From an uncultured Polaromonas sp. (GTDB lineage Bacteria; Pseudomonadota; Gammaproteobacteria; Burkholderiales; Burkholderiaceae_C), in contig CAXSGT010000002.1 of NCBI GenBank assembly GCA_964236835.1, forward strand, positions 1-55,640: 55,640 nucleotides of DNA, read 5' to 3'. How positions within the stretch are numbered: the stretch's first letter is position 1; each line of letters begins with the position of its first letter. Positions 1 through 9,656 of the stretch are shown here, piece after piece. A model generated the notes under the pieces. It had not been told where the DNA came from. It ran no database searches and was given only the letters and a program-made list of their open reading frames with translations. The position numbers and the translations under genes were made by a program.

Positions 1-645
1 GCGGTCGTGCTGCTCATCAACTCGCCCGGCGGCAGCCCGGTGCAGGCCGGCATGATGAACGACGAAATTTTGCGGCTGAAGGCCAAATATAAAAAACCGG
101 TCTATGCGGTGGTCGAGGAAACCTGCGCTTCGGCCGCCTACTACATCGCCGTGTCGGCCGACAAGATTTTCGTTGACAAGGCTAGTATCGTCGGCAGCAT
201 CGGTGTGCTGATGGACAGCTTCGGCTTTACCGGTTTGATGGAAAAGCTCGGCGTCGAGCGCCGCCTGCTGACCGCCGGCGAAAACAAGGGGTTTCTCGAT
301 CCTTTCAGCCCGCAAAACGACAAGCAGCGCGCCTTCGCGCAGGGAATGCTGAACCAGATCCACCAGCAATTCATCGCCGTGGTGAAAGCTGGCCGTGGCG
401 CGCGCCTGAAGGAAACGCCGGAGACGTTCAGCGGGCTGTTCTGGAGCGGCCAGCAGGCGGTCGAGCTGGGCCTGGTCGATCAGCTGGGCAATCTGGACTA
501 TGTGGCGCGCGAAGTGGTCAAGGCCGAGGAAATCATCGACTACACGCGCCGCGACAACGTGGCCGAGCGGCTGGCCAAGAAGTTCGGCGCGGCGATGGGC
601 GAGGGCGCGATCAGGGCATTCAAGGCGGTTCCTGCGATTCGCTGA
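1..645 (+). CDS. sppA: S49 family signal peptide peptidase SppA (5'-truncated by window edge)
   Basis: INSPGGS, CASAAYYIA, SIVGSIGV motifs; frame open from base 1. Confidence 0.9.
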   Translation, partial: AVVLLINSPGGSPVQAGMMNDEILRLKAKYKKPVYAVVEETCASAAYYIAVSADKIFVDKASIVGSIGVLMDSFGFTGLMEKLGVERRLLTAGENKGFLDPFSPQNDKQRAFAQGMLNQIHQQFIAVVKAGRGARLKETPETFSGLFWSGQQAVELGLVDQLGNLDYVAREVVKAEEIIDYTRRDNVAERLAKKFGAAMGEGAIRAFKAVPAIR

Positions 646-759
646 TACTGGGTAAAAGCTTCCAACGCGAAGGCGCGAAGGTCGCAAAGTATTTGAAATT
701 ACTTTTTCCGCCCTTTGCGTTCTTTGCATCTTTACGCCTTTGCGTCGCAAACCCGGTAT
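645..759. repeat. Palindromic dispersed repeat built from 8-9 nt CGCAAAG-type units (family B, copy 1)
   Basis: Left arm AACGCGAAG-GCGCGAAG-GTCGCAAAG, right arm CTTTGCGTT-CTTTGCAT-CTTTACGC-CTTTGCGTC, outer stem ATACTGGGT/ACCCGGTAT; similar copy at 40300-40411. Confidence 0.8.
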
Positions 760-761
760 TG

Positions 762-1520
762 CTAACGCCCGATGCAAAAAACCGTCGGCAGGTCAAGCGG
801 CGTGGGCGGTTTGTTTTTCTTCCAACTGCCTGCCGGCGCGCTGTAATTCCAGGCTTTTTCGAGTGTCAGCCCGCAGCTCAGCGCCAGCCGGGTAGCGCTC
901 TGCAAGGTTTGCAGCAGCGCCTGCAGCAACGCGGCGTTGCGGTAAGGCGTTTCGATAAAAATCTGGCACTGGCCGGTTTTCAGCGCAAGCGATTCCAGCT
1001 CGCGGATGCGCTGAGCACGTCCCGCAGGGTCCTGTGGCAGGTAGCCGACGAAGGCGAAATTCTGCCCGTTGAGTCCGCTGGCCGCCAGCGCCAGCATCAG
1101 CGACATCGGCCCGGTCAACGGCATCACCTGCAATCCCAGGTCATGCGCGGCACGCACCACCGAAGAGCCCGGATCGGCGATGGCGGGCATGCCGGCTTCG
1201 CTGACTAGGCCGATGTCGCTGCCTTCGAGCGCCGCGGCAAGCAGCGGCCGCGCGTCGAAGTCGCCGCCATGGTCACCTTTTTTATGAACTTCGCGCGGCA
1301 ATTGCTGAATCCGCAGCGCTTGAATCGGCGTCAGCAAGGGCTGCAACTCGTCGATCCGCTTGAGGTAGGCGCGCGCGCTTTTCGCGTTCTCGCAAATCCA
1401 GCAGGGCAGCCGGGCCGCGATCCGCAATGTCTCCAGCGGCATCACATCGGCAAGCGACGCCTGCGTATCGCAGCCGAAGTCGAGCGGCGCCGGCACCAGG
1501 TAAAGCTTGCCTTTGCTCAT
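762..1520 (-). CDS. SAM-dependent tetrapyrrole-methylase-fold methyltransferase (RsmI-like)
   Basis: GKLYLVP, SEAGMPAIADPG, FVGYLP, FIETPYRN; start taken at MSKGK (1520). Confidence 0.85.
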   Translation of the reverse strand: MSKGKLYLVPAPLDFGCDTQASLADVMPLETLRIAARLPCWICENAKSARAYLKRIDELQPLLTPIQALRIQQLPREVHKKGDHGGDFDARPLLAAALEGSDIGLVSEAGMPAIADPGSSVVRAAHDLGLQVMPLTGPMSLMLALAASGLNGQNFAFVGYLPQDPAGRAQRIRELESLALKTGQCQIFIETPYRNAALLQALLQTLQSATRLALSCGLTLEKAWNYSAPAGSWKKNKPPTPLDLPTVFCIGR

Positions 1521-1527
1521 CGTTTGC

Positions 1528-2169
1528 TCATCGCCCGCTTCCAAGCGGGTCGATGCCGGCGAATCGCAGCAGTTCGCAGGTGCGAATCAGGGGCAGGCCG
1601 ATAAGCGCGGTGGCGTCGTCGCTCTCGATGGATTCGAGCAGCGCGATTCCCAGTCCTTCGCTCTTGGCGCTGCCGGCGCAGTCGTACGGCTGTTCGGCGC
1701 GCAGGTAGGTGTCGATCTCTTCGTCTCCCAAGTCGCGAAATTTCACTTTGACTTCGGCCAGGCGCGCCTGCTCGAAGCCGCTTTCCAGGCAAACCACCGC
1801 CACAGCGGTTTGAAAAGTCACGGTCCGGCCGCGCATCCGGCGCAACTGGCCGACGGCCCGGTCGTGGCTGCCGGGCTTGCCCAGCGGCGCGCCATCGAGG
1901 TCGGCGACCTGGTCGGAGCCGATGACGACCGCGTGCGGAAAGTCCTTGGCAACCGCGCGCGCCTTTTTCAATGCCAGACGCATCGCCATAGCGCTTGGCG
2001 GTTCATCGGGCAACGGCGTTTCATCGACATCGGGCGCTGCCACGTCAAAGTCGATACCCAGACGCCGCAGCAGTTCGCGCCGGTAGCGTGAGCTGGAAGC
2101 GAGCACCAGCGGGCGGGCGGCGGCCGGGCCAGGCGGTTTTTCAGGAGAGCGAAGCGCGGCAGGATTCAT
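1528..2169 (-). CDS. maf: Maf family nucleotide pyrophosphatase (YceF-like)
   Basis: LVLASSSRYRRELL, IGSDQV, CAGSAKSEGLG, ALIGLPL; divergent from yceD as in the conserved locus. Confidence 0.92.
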   Translation of the reverse strand: MNPAALRSPEKPPGPAAARPLVLASSSRYRRELLRRLGIDFDVAAPDVDETPLPDEPPSAMAMRLALKKARAVAKDFPHAVVIGSDQVADLDGAPLGKPGSHDRAVGQLRRMRGRTVTFQTAVAVVCLESGFEQARLAEVKVKFRDLGDEEIDTYLRAEQPYDCAGSAKSEGLGIALLESIESDDATALIGLPLIRTCELLRFAGIDPLGSGR

Positions 2170-2182
2170 CGCTTGATTCTCT

Positions 2183-2188
2183 TACACT
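2183..2188 (+). promoter_or_regulatory. -10 box TACACT 6 nt before the yceD ATG (probable leaderless start)
   Basis: cTTACACTgccagcATG with no Shine-Dalgarno. Confidence 0.5.
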
Positions 2189-2194
2189 GCCAGC

Positions 2195-2740
2195 ATGTCC
2201 AAACCCCTTCAAGCCAGCCGGCTCAATATGCAGGCCTTTGCACGGGCCGGCGTGCCGCTCGTTGAAAGCACTTTGCTACGGAATATGGAGCGCGTTGCGC
2301 AGGAGGTGCAGGCGCTCGAGCCCGATTTGGCCGTTGACTGGGAGGCCAGAGCCGAGCTCCGCCCAGGTGCGGGCGCCGAAGATGACGTCTGGCTGCATCT
2401 GCTGGCCAAGACATCGGTTCCGCTGACCTGCCAGCGCTGCATGGGAACGGTCCAGACACCGCTGGAAGTCGATCGATGGTACCGCTTCGTGGCAAGCGAA
2501 GACATCGCCATGGCCGAGGACGATGCGTCCGAGGAAGACCTGCTGGTCATGGCGCCGCAGTTCGATCTGCTTTCCTTGCTGGAAGACGAGCTGTTGATGG
2601 CGCTGCCCTTGGTGCCCATGCACGACGCATGCCCTGCCGCGCCGGTCATGCGGGCTGGCGACGATACGCTGGCGGCGCCCGCCGGTGATAAACCCAATCC
2701 GTTTGCCGTGCTATCGCAGCTTAAAAAGGAAAATCAGTGA
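2195..2740 (+). CDS. yceD: DUF177/YceD family 23S rRNA accumulation protein
   Basis: CQRC motif, LEDELLMALPLVPMH, C-terminal NPFAVL; upstream of rpmF. Confidence 0.92.
   Translation: MSKPLQASRLNMQAFARAGVPLVESTLLRNMERVAQEVQALEPDLAVDWEARAELRPGAGAEDDVWLHLLAKTSVPLTCQRCMGTVQTPLEVDRWYRFVASEDIAMAEDDASEEDLLVMAPQFDLLSLLEDELLMALPLVPMHDACPAAPVMRAGDDTLAAPAGDKPNPFAVLSQLKKENQ
2275..2334 (+). repeat. GCTA-N9-TAGC motif (family A), copy 1, inside yceD
   Basis: GCTA CGGAATATG GAGC GCGTTGC GCAGG AGGTGCAGG CGC TCGAGCC CGATTTG. Confidence 0.65.
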
Positions 2741-2819
2741 TGTCATCCCGCGTTGAGCAGCTGCGTAGAAGCTTGCGACAACTGGACGAACAACTCGAGC
2801 GATATGCCTTGGTACGGGC

Positions 2820-2825
2820 TATAAT
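2820..2825 (+). promoter_or_regulatory. -10 box TATAAT for rpmF
   Basis: Consensus TATAAT 135 nt upstream of the rpmF ATG. Confidence 0.55.
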
Positions 2826-2960
2826 TAAAGGTTCGGCGCGCCAATACGGTAATAACGAAGCGATAGCCTTTTTCCTGAGGCCTGGCTTCGGCGGTTTACC
2901 GTACGCTTAAATTCGGTTCGCAGTTTTACCACCACCATCCCATCACGTCAGGAGCGAAAC

Positions 2961-3143
2961 ATGGCTGTCCAGCAAAACAAAAAGTCCCCTTCAAAACGCG
3001 GCATGCACCGCTCGCACAATGCGCTGACTGTGCCGGGCATCGCCGTGGAATCGACCACCGGCGAAATTCACCTGCGGCATCACATTAGCCCAACCGGCTT
3101 TTACCGTGGCCGCAAGGTGCTGAAAACCAAAGCCGAAGCGTAA
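2961..3143 (+). CDS. rpmF: 50S ribosomal protein L32
   Basis: [19 protein letters not shown]; AGGAG RBS. Confidence 0.98.
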   Translation: MAVQQNKKSPSKRGMHRSHNALTVPGIAVESTTGEIHLRHHISPTGFYRGRKVLKTKAEA

Positions 3144-3159
3144 CGCACACGCCTGAAAC

Positions 3160-3193
3160 AAAGGCCCGCACTTGCCCTGCGGGCCTTTCTTTT
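3160..3193 (+). terminator. Intrinsic terminator after rpmF
   Basis: AAAGGCCCGCA/TGCGGGCCTTT stem followed by CTTTT. Confidence 0.8.
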
Positions 3194-3238
3194 GCTTGTT
3201 TTGCCTGAATCCTCATCCCTGACTGCACCTGGCCGCTC

Positions 3239-4327
3239 ATGATTAGAATCGCCGTCGATGCCATGGGAGGCGACATCGGCCCGGATGTCACTCTTGCGGC
3301 CGCTCTGGCATTTCTTGAGTCTCACCTGGACGCCGAGCTCGTGGTCGTTGGCCAGGTCGAAGTGCTGCGGGGTCATCGGCTGCATCCGCGGCTGCAGGCG
3401 CAGCCGCGTTGCAAGATCGTCGCCGCCAGCGAGCTCGTGACGATGGACGATTCGATCGAAACCGCACTGCGGCGCAAGAGGGATTCATCGATGCGGGTGG
3501 CTGTAAATCAGGTCAGGGACGGCGTTGCCGATGCCGCTGTGTCGGGCGGCAACACCGGCGCGCTGATGGCCATCGCCCGCTACGTGCTCAAAACCGTCGA
3601 TGCCATCGACCGCCCCGCCATCGCCTCGCAGCTGCCGAACGCCGCGGGCAGGGCGACCACCGTGCTCGACCTGGGCGCCAATGTGGACTGTACCGAGGAG
3701 CATCTGCTGCAGTTCGCCGTCATGGGCTCGGCGCTCGTGACGGCGATCGCGGGCAATCCTTCGCCCAGCGTCGGCCTGCTCAACATTGGCGAGGAAGCCA
3801 TCAAGGGCGGCGACATGATCAAAAAGGCCGGCAAGCTGCTGCGGGCCGCGTCGGAGTCGGGCGATATCAATTTCTTCGGAAATGTGGAGGGAAACGATAT
3901 CTTCAAGGGAACGACCGACATCGTGGTTTGCGATGGTTTTGTCGGCAATGTGGCGCTGAAAACCAGCGAAGGCCTGGCGCACATGATCGGCGACTTCATC
4001 AGGGCCGAGTTTTCGCGCAATATCCTGACCAGGGCGGCGGCCGTTGTGGCGTATCCGGTGCTGGCCGCTTTTAAAACGCGCTTCGATCACCGGCGCTACA
4101 ACGGCGCCGCATTGCTCGGCCTGCGAGGGCTGGTCTTCAAAAGCCATGGCTCGGCCGATATTTTTGCGTTCGAGCAGGCTTTGAGCCGGGCTTACGATGC
4201 CGCTCGAAACGACCTGCTGCAAAAAGTTCGCGAACGCATCGCCCACGCCGCGCCACTGCTGGCGGCACAAAAAGCCACATTGCTTGTCAATGGGATGGCC
4301 GCAGTCGCTTGCGCGCCCATTGACTGA
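3239..4327 (+). CDS. plsX: Phosphate acyltransferase PlsX
   Basis: [42 protein letters not shown]. Confidence 0.97.
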   Translation: MIRIAVDAMGGDIGPDVTLAAALAFLESHLDAELVVVGQVEVLRGHRLHPRLQAQPRCKIVAASELVTMDDSIETALRRKRDSSMRVAVNQVRDGVADAAVSGGNTGALMAIARYVLKTVDAIDRPAIASQLPNAAGRATTVLDLGANVDCTEEHLLQFAVMGSALVTAIAGNPSPSVGLLNIGEEAIKGGDMIKKAGKLLRAASESGDINFFGNVEGNDIFKGTTDIVVCDGFVGNVALKTSEGLAHMIGDFIRAEFSRNILTRAAAVVAYPVLAAFKTRFDHRRYNGAALLGLRGLVFKSHGSADIFAFEQALSRAYDAARNDLLQKVRERIAHAAPLLAAQKATLLVNGMAAVACAPID

Positions 4328-4354
4328 CCCGTTTCAATACCGGCAGGCCTATCG

Positions 4355-5332
4355 ATGACCCGTTATTCCCGCATCACCGGAACCGGCAGCTTTCTGCCGC
4401 CGCGCCGCCTGACCAACGCCGATCTAGCGGCTGAACTGGCTGCCAAAGGCGTTGAAACCACTGATGAATGGATTGTGGAGCGCACCGGAATCAGGACGCG
4501 CCACTTCGCCGCGGCCGACGTCACCAGCAGCGATCTGGGCGTGGAGGCGGCCAACAGCGCGCTGCAGGCGGCTGGCCTTCAGCCCGGCGACATCGACCTC
4601 ATCATTGTGGCGACCTCGACGCCCGACATGGTGTTTCCGTCGGCGGCGTGTATTTTGCAAAGCAAACTGGGGATTTCCGGCTGTCCGGCGTTTGACGTCC
4701 AGGCGGTTTGCAGCGGCTTCGTGTATGCGCTGACGGTGGCCGACGCGATGATCAAGACCGGCTCGGCCGGCAAGGCCCTGGTGGTCGGCGCCGAAGTGTT
4801 TTCCCGCATTCTTGATTTTTCCGATCGAAGCACCTGCGTATTGTTCGGCGATGGCGCCGGCGCGGTGGTGCTGGAAGCGTCGGACACGCCAGGTATTCTT
4901 GCCAGCGACTTGCATGCCGATGGCAGGCATGTCGGCATTTTGTGCGTTCCCGGCAATGTGTCGGGGGGCGTCATCCTGGGCAGCCCGCTCTTGACAATGG
5001 ACGGGCAGGCGGTGTTCAAGCTGGCCGTGGGCGTGCTTGAAAGCGCTGCCCGCGCAACGCTGGCCAAGGCCGGGCTCACCGTGGCGGATATCGACTGGCT
5101 GATTCCGCACCAGGCGAATATCCGCATCATGCAGAGCACCGCCAAAAAACTGAAGATTCCTTTCGAAAAAGTCATCGTCACGGTCGATCGACACGGCAAC
5201 ACTTCGGCCGCGTCGATTCCGCTGGCGCTCGACGAGGCGGTTCGCAGCGGCAAGATCAGCAAAGGCGACACCCTTATGCTCGAAGGCGTCGGCGGCGGAT
5301 TCACCTGGGGTGCGGTGCTTCTCCAGTATTGA
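4355..5332 (+). CDS. fabH: Beta-ketoacyl-ACP synthase III
   Basis: [28 protein letters not shown]. Confidence 0.97.
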   Translation: MTRYSRITGTGSFLPPRRLTNADLAAELAAKGVETTDEWIVERTGIRTRHFAAADVTSSDLGVEAANSALQAAGLQPGDIDLIIVATSTPDMVFPSAACILQSKLGISGCPAFDVQAVCSGFVYALTVADAMIKTGSAGKALVVGAEVFSRILDFSDRSTCVLFGDGAGAVVLEASDTPGILASDLHADGRHVGILCVPGNVSGGVILGSPLLTMDGQAVFKLAVGVLESAARATLAKAGLTVADIDWLIPHQANIRIMQSTAKKLKIPFEKVIVTVDRHGNTSAASIPLALDEAVRSGKISKGDTLMLEGVGGGFTWGAVLLQY

Positions 5333-5341
5333 GATGGCGGC

Positions 5342-6784
5342 ATGCGCTTTTCAACTCCGCCATCACAGACTCGTCGGCGATTGAACTTCGGCACTTTCGG
5401 CGCCATGCCCGGACTGGACCGACTCGCAGCGCTAGTGCTTGTCCTGGCGTTTGCGCTGTCTGGCTGGAAAATCGCCAAACGTCAGCCGGCGTCGAACTTT
5501 GCGCCTATTTCACACCGCGTTGCCGTGCTGCCGGGCGTGCCCAGGCGCGCTCTGGAAGCATCGCAGCCTTTCGGCGCGATGCCGCCGCCGCAACAGCTTT
5601 CCCCCGACGGCCGCTTTCGCTTCGACGCCCGATTTGTTTCCTCGGCGCCGGGGCAAGCCGTGCATTCGGCGTCCCTGGTCGAACTGTTGGGCGGTCGCCT
5701 GCGGGCGGTGTGGTTTTCCGGTTCGCGCGAAGGCGCAGGGGATGTGGTCATTAAGACCTCCGTCATGGACCCGGCGAGCTTGCAGTGGAGCGGCGAAACC
5801 ACGCTGTTCGACCGCCGCCAGGTTCAGCGGGCGCTGTGGCGCTATGTCAAAAAGCTCGGCAACCCGGTGATTTCGCATGCCCCTGACGGATCGCTCCTGC
5901 TCTGGATGGTGACGGTTTCCGTGGGCGGCTGGGCCGGCAGCTCGATCACCTGGGCGCGCTCGATTGACGAGGGAAACAGCTGGAGCAGTCCCCGCAGGCT
6001 GGTGACCTCGCCCTTTCTGAATATCAGCACCCTTGTCAAGGGCGCGCCATTTTTTTACCTGAATGGGCAGATCGGGCTGCCGGTCTATCACGAGTTGGCG
6101 ACCAAGTTCGCGGAAGTGCTACGCATCGATCCGCAGGGACAAATACTTGACAAAATCCGAATTCCGGAAAGTCACGACAGCCTGCAGCCGGTGGCGCTGC
6201 CGGCAAATCCCAGGGAGGCGCAAATTTACATGCGTTCGGGCGCTGGCACAGTCATGAGGTCGGACACACGCGACGCCGGAAAAACATGGTCTTCGAGCCG
6301 GGCCACCGCCTGGCCCAATCCGGATTCGGCGTTGGCCGGCGTGGTGACCGACACCGGCGATCAGTGGCTGGCCTTGAACCCGGTTCTCGATAGCCGTGAA
6401 GCGCTGGCCTTGCTGCGCACGACCGCCGGAGGCTCTTTCGACGGCGTCAGCCCATGGGTCATTGAATCTTCCGCCACGCCGCGAATAGCACTCTCACCGC
6501 AGCGGTTCGAGGCGCTGCTGCAAAGCGAATTAAAAGCCGGCGGCGCCAGCGAAGCGCAGGCTCAGGCTTACGCCGCGAGCGCTCAACGCCAGTTGTGTGG
6601 CGTGTACACCTGCACCCAGGAATTTTCCTACCCTTATTTGCTGCAAAGCCGCGACGGCTATTTGCACCTGGTGTACACCTGGCAGCGAGCTCGCATCAAG
6701 CATATCCGGCTCGATCCCCTGCAGGTCGTTCAACCTGGCGCTGCTTCGCCAGCCGCAAGCCATGCCACTGCCGCCACCCCATGA
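5342..6784 (+). CDS. BNR/Asp-box repeat sialidase-like (BNR_2) exported protein
   Basis: N-terminal hydrophobic segment, VHSASL, WFSGSREG, Asp-boxes SIDEGNSW and TRDAGKTW, NPDSA, FSYPYL...HLVYTW; alternative start 5405. Confidence 0.8.
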   Translation: MRFSTPPSQTRRRLNFGTFGAMPGLDRLAALVLVLAFALSGWKIAKRQPASNFAPISHRVAVLPGVPRRALEASQPFGAMPPPQQLSPDGRFRFDARFVSSAPGQAVHSASLVELLGGRLRAVWFSGSREGAGDVVIKTSVMDPASLQWSGETTLFDRRQVQRALWRYVKKLGNPVISHAPDGSLLLWMVTVSVGGWAGSSITWARSIDEGNSWSSPRRLVTSPFLNISTLVKGAPFFYLNGQIGLPVYHELATKFAEVLRIDPQGQILDKIRIPESHDSLQPVALPANPREAQIYMRSGAGTVMRSDTRDAGKTWSSSRATAWPNPDSALAGVVTDTGDQWLALNPVLDSREALALLRTTAGGSFDGVSPWVIESSATPRIALSPQRFEALLQSELKAGGASEAQAQAYAASAQRQLCGVYTCTQEFSYPYLLQSRDGYLHLVYTWQRARIKHIRLDPLQVVQPGAASPAASHATAATP

Positions 6785-7406
6785 TCTGGCGGCTCTGCTA
6801 GGCATCGACCTGGTGGTCTGCGCCGGCTGCTTGCGGCTGTTGGGTAGCCGTTATGGCGTCTCGCAACGGGCCAAGTGGGGTACGGCGCTGTGTTTTGTCG
6901 TTCTGTGGCTGCCGTTGGGAGCGGCGCATTTGCCGCCGCTCGCCTTTGTCCGCGGCATTACCTCGGACTTGAGCATCACGTTGGTAGCGCTCGCTTGTTT
7001 TGGCTTGTGCCAGCGCCTGGCCGGGCTGCCGGCCATGATCCAGCGGGAAAAAACGGCATTGAATGGGGCGATTGCGGCGGCTGCGCTGTTTTTATACCCC
7101 ATGGCTCTGGGATGGGGCGACTGGGACAGCTATCGGTGCGGCTGGGACGCCTGGAGCATGTGGACGGCGCTGCTGGCCTTGTCGTCGCTTGCCTGGGCCA
7201 GAGGACTGCGGCTGCTGCCGCTGCTCGTGGGGCTGGCGCTGCTTGCATGGAGCGCCAGCGTGCTGGAGTCGAACAATCTTTGGGATTATCTGGTCGACCC
7301 GTGGCTGGCGACGGCGGCGCTTTTTCAAACTGTAAGGTCAGGCGCGCAATGGGCATCGAAGCGATTCAGGCTCAGGCGGGCCGGCATCGAAAATTTTTCG
7401 AATTGA
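6762..7406 (+). CDS. Multi-pass membrane protein of unknown function
   Basis: ATG at 6762 overlaps the end of the BNR gene; several hydrophobic helices; LYPMALG and ESNNLWDYLVDPWL motifs. Confidence 0.7.
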   Translation: MPLPPPHDLAALLGIDLVVCAGCLRLLGSRYGVSQRAKWGTALCFVVLWLPLGAAHLPPLAFVRGITSDLSITLVALACFGLCQRLAGLPAMIQREKTALNGAIAAAALFLYPMALGWGDWDSYRCGWDAWSMWTALLALSSLAWARGLRLLPLLVGLALLAWSASVLESNNLWDYLVDPWLATAALFQTVRSGAQWASKRFRLRRAGIENFSN

Positions 7407-7452
7407 TGCGGCTCAAGCGGGATGGGCGCGGCGTCGCCATTCGACACCTTTC

Positions 7453-7458
7453 TACAAT
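7453..7458 (+). promoter_or_regulatory. -10 box TACAAT upstream of fabD
   Basis: TACAAT then GGAG RBS before the TTG start. Confidence 0.45.
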
Positions 7459-7494
7459 GCGATCTTTCCTGCGATCGATAACCGGAGCCATCAT

Positions 7495-8445
7495 TTGAAG
7501 CCCTTTGCCTTTATTTTTCCCGGCCAGGGATCCCAATCGGTCGGCATGCTGAACGCCTGGGGAAATCATCCAGCCGTCGTGCGAACCGTGGCGGAAGCCT
7601 CCGATGCGCTGGCCGAGGATATCGGCGGCCTGATCCGTGATGGCTCGAAGGAGGCGTTGGCCCTGACCAGCAATACCCAGCCGGCGATGCTGGTGGCCGG
7701 CGTTGCGGCCTACCGGGTCTGGATGGCTGAAACAGGCGCGGCGCCCGCCGTGGTGGCGGGCCATTCGCTGGGCGAATACTCCGCATTGGTCGCTTCAGGC
7801 GCGCTGAGCCTGGCCCAGGCCGCGCCGCTGGTGCGCCTGCGTGCGCGGGCGATGCAAAGCGCCGTTCCGGTCGGCGCAGGCGCCATGGCGGCGATTCTTG
7901 GCATGGACGCCAGCAGAGTGATCGAGGGTTGCGCCGAAGCCGTGGGGACGTTCGGATCGGGCACATCCGAAATCGTCGAGGCGGTGAATTTCAACGACCC
8001 GTTGCAAACCGTAATTGCCGGCAGCAGGGCCGCTGTGGACAAAGCCTGTGAAATTTTCAAAACCAACGGCGCCAAGCGGGCCTTGCCTTTGGCGGTGTCG
8101 GCGCCTTTTCATTCCCGCCTGATGAAGCCGGCGGCCGAAAAACTCAAGGAGCAACTGGCCGAAATCGAATTTTCGACGCCACGGATACCGGTCATCAACA
8201 ATATCGACGTGGTCGCAGAAACCAACGCAGAGGCGCTTCGATCGGCGCTATATCGGCAGGCGTTCGGTCCCGTGCGCTGGGTTGAATGCGTGCAGGCCAT
8301 CAAGGCGCGAGGACTGACCAGCCTGGTCGAGTGCGGGCCTGGCAAGGTGCTCGCCGGTCTGGTCAAGCGGATCGATCCGGCGTTGACGGGCGTGGCCTTG
8401 TTCGACCCAGCCTCGCTGGCCGCAGTCAAGGAAGTGCTGACATGA
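7495..8445 (+). CDS. fabD: Malonyl-CoA:ACP transacylase
   Basis: FPGQGSQ, GHSLGEY, SAPFHS; TTG start with GGAG. Confidence 0.97.
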   Translation: MKPFAFIFPGQGSQSVGMLNAWGNHPAVVRTVAEASDALAEDIGGLIRDGSKEALALTSNTQPAMLVAGVAAYRVWMAETGAAPAVVAGHSLGEYSALVASGALSLAQAAPLVRLRARAMQSAVPVGAGAMAAILGMDASRVIEGCAEAVGTFGSGTSEIVEAVNFNDPLQTVIAGSRAAVDKACEIFKTNGAKRALPLAVSAPFHSRLMKPAAEKLKEQLAEIEFSTPRIPVINNIDVVAETNAEALRSALYRQAFGPVRWVECVQAIKARGLTSLVECGPGKVLAGLVKRIDPALTGVALFDPASLAAVKEVLT

Positions 8446-9188
8446 CCGAAATCAAGTTCGAAGGACAAGTGGCGCTGGTGACCGGTGCCTCGCGCGGTAT
8501 CGGCGCTGCGATCGCGCTGGAGCTGGCCAAGAAGGGTCTGCAAGTGACAGGGACGGCCACCACCGGCGAAGGCGCGGGAAAAATCAGCCGCGCTTTGGCT
8601 GCGTTTCCCGGTTGCGGCGGCAAGACGCTCGATGTGAACGACGCGGCCGAGGCCGAGGCCCTGGTGGAGGGCATCATCGCCGAATATGGTGGGCTGCAGG
8701 TGCTGGTGAACAATGCCGGCATCACGCGCGACATGCTGGCGATGCGCTTGAAGGACGACGACTGGGATGCCGTTTTGGACACCAATCTCAAGGCCGTTTT
8801 CCGGATGAGCCGGGCGGTGATGCGGGCGATGATGAAGCAGCGTTACGGCCGCATTATCAACATCACCTCGGTCGTCGGTGCGTCGGGCAATGCCGGGCAG
8901 GCCAATTACGCCGCCGCCAAGGCGGGTGTGGCCGGCATGACGCGCGCGCTGGCGCGCGAGCTGGGCTCGCGCAATATCACAGTCAACTGCGTCGCGCCGG
9001 GCTTTATCGAGACCGACATGACCGCCCGCTTGTCCGAAGCGCAGCAACGCGCGCTTCTCGAACAGATCCCCCTTGGACACCTGGGAAAGTCGCATGACAT
9101 TGCGCATGCCGTCGCTTTTTTGGCCAGTCCACAGGCCGCTTACATTACAGGGCAGGAAATTCACGTCAATGGCGGCATGTACATGTAG
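8442..9188 (+). CDS. fabG: 3-oxoacyl-ACP reductase
   Basis: TGASRGIG, NNAGITRD, YAAAK; ATGA overlap with fabD. Confidence 0.97.
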   Translation: MTEIKFEGQVALVTGASRGIGAAIALELAKKGLQVTGTATTGEGAGKISRALAAFPGCGGKTLDVNDAAEAEALVEGIIAEYGGLQVLVNNAGITRDMLAMRLKDDDWDAVLDTNLKAVFRMSRAVMRAMMKQRYGRIINITSVVGASGNAGQANYAAAKAGVAGMTRALARELGSRNITVNCVAPGFIETDMTARLSEAQQRALLEQIPLGHLGKSHDIAHAVAFLASPQAAYITGQEIHVNGGMYM

Positions 9189-9247
9189 CCGTCGACCTTG
9201 CGCCGGTCCGGACCGCAACAGCGGCTTGCGCAGCTTGCAACACATGA

Positions 9248-9583
<336 letters not shown>

Positions 9584-9656
9584 GGTTTCACACCTTGGCG
9601 CCATCGGTCTGGAAAAACAGCCGCGGTTTTTCACGTTTTTTCTCCAGGATGATTGA

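Noticed and set aside
645-759. CRISPR interpretation of the short tandem units in repeat families B and C
   Set aside because: No repeat-spacer periodicity, units are too short or palindromic, and there are no cas genes.
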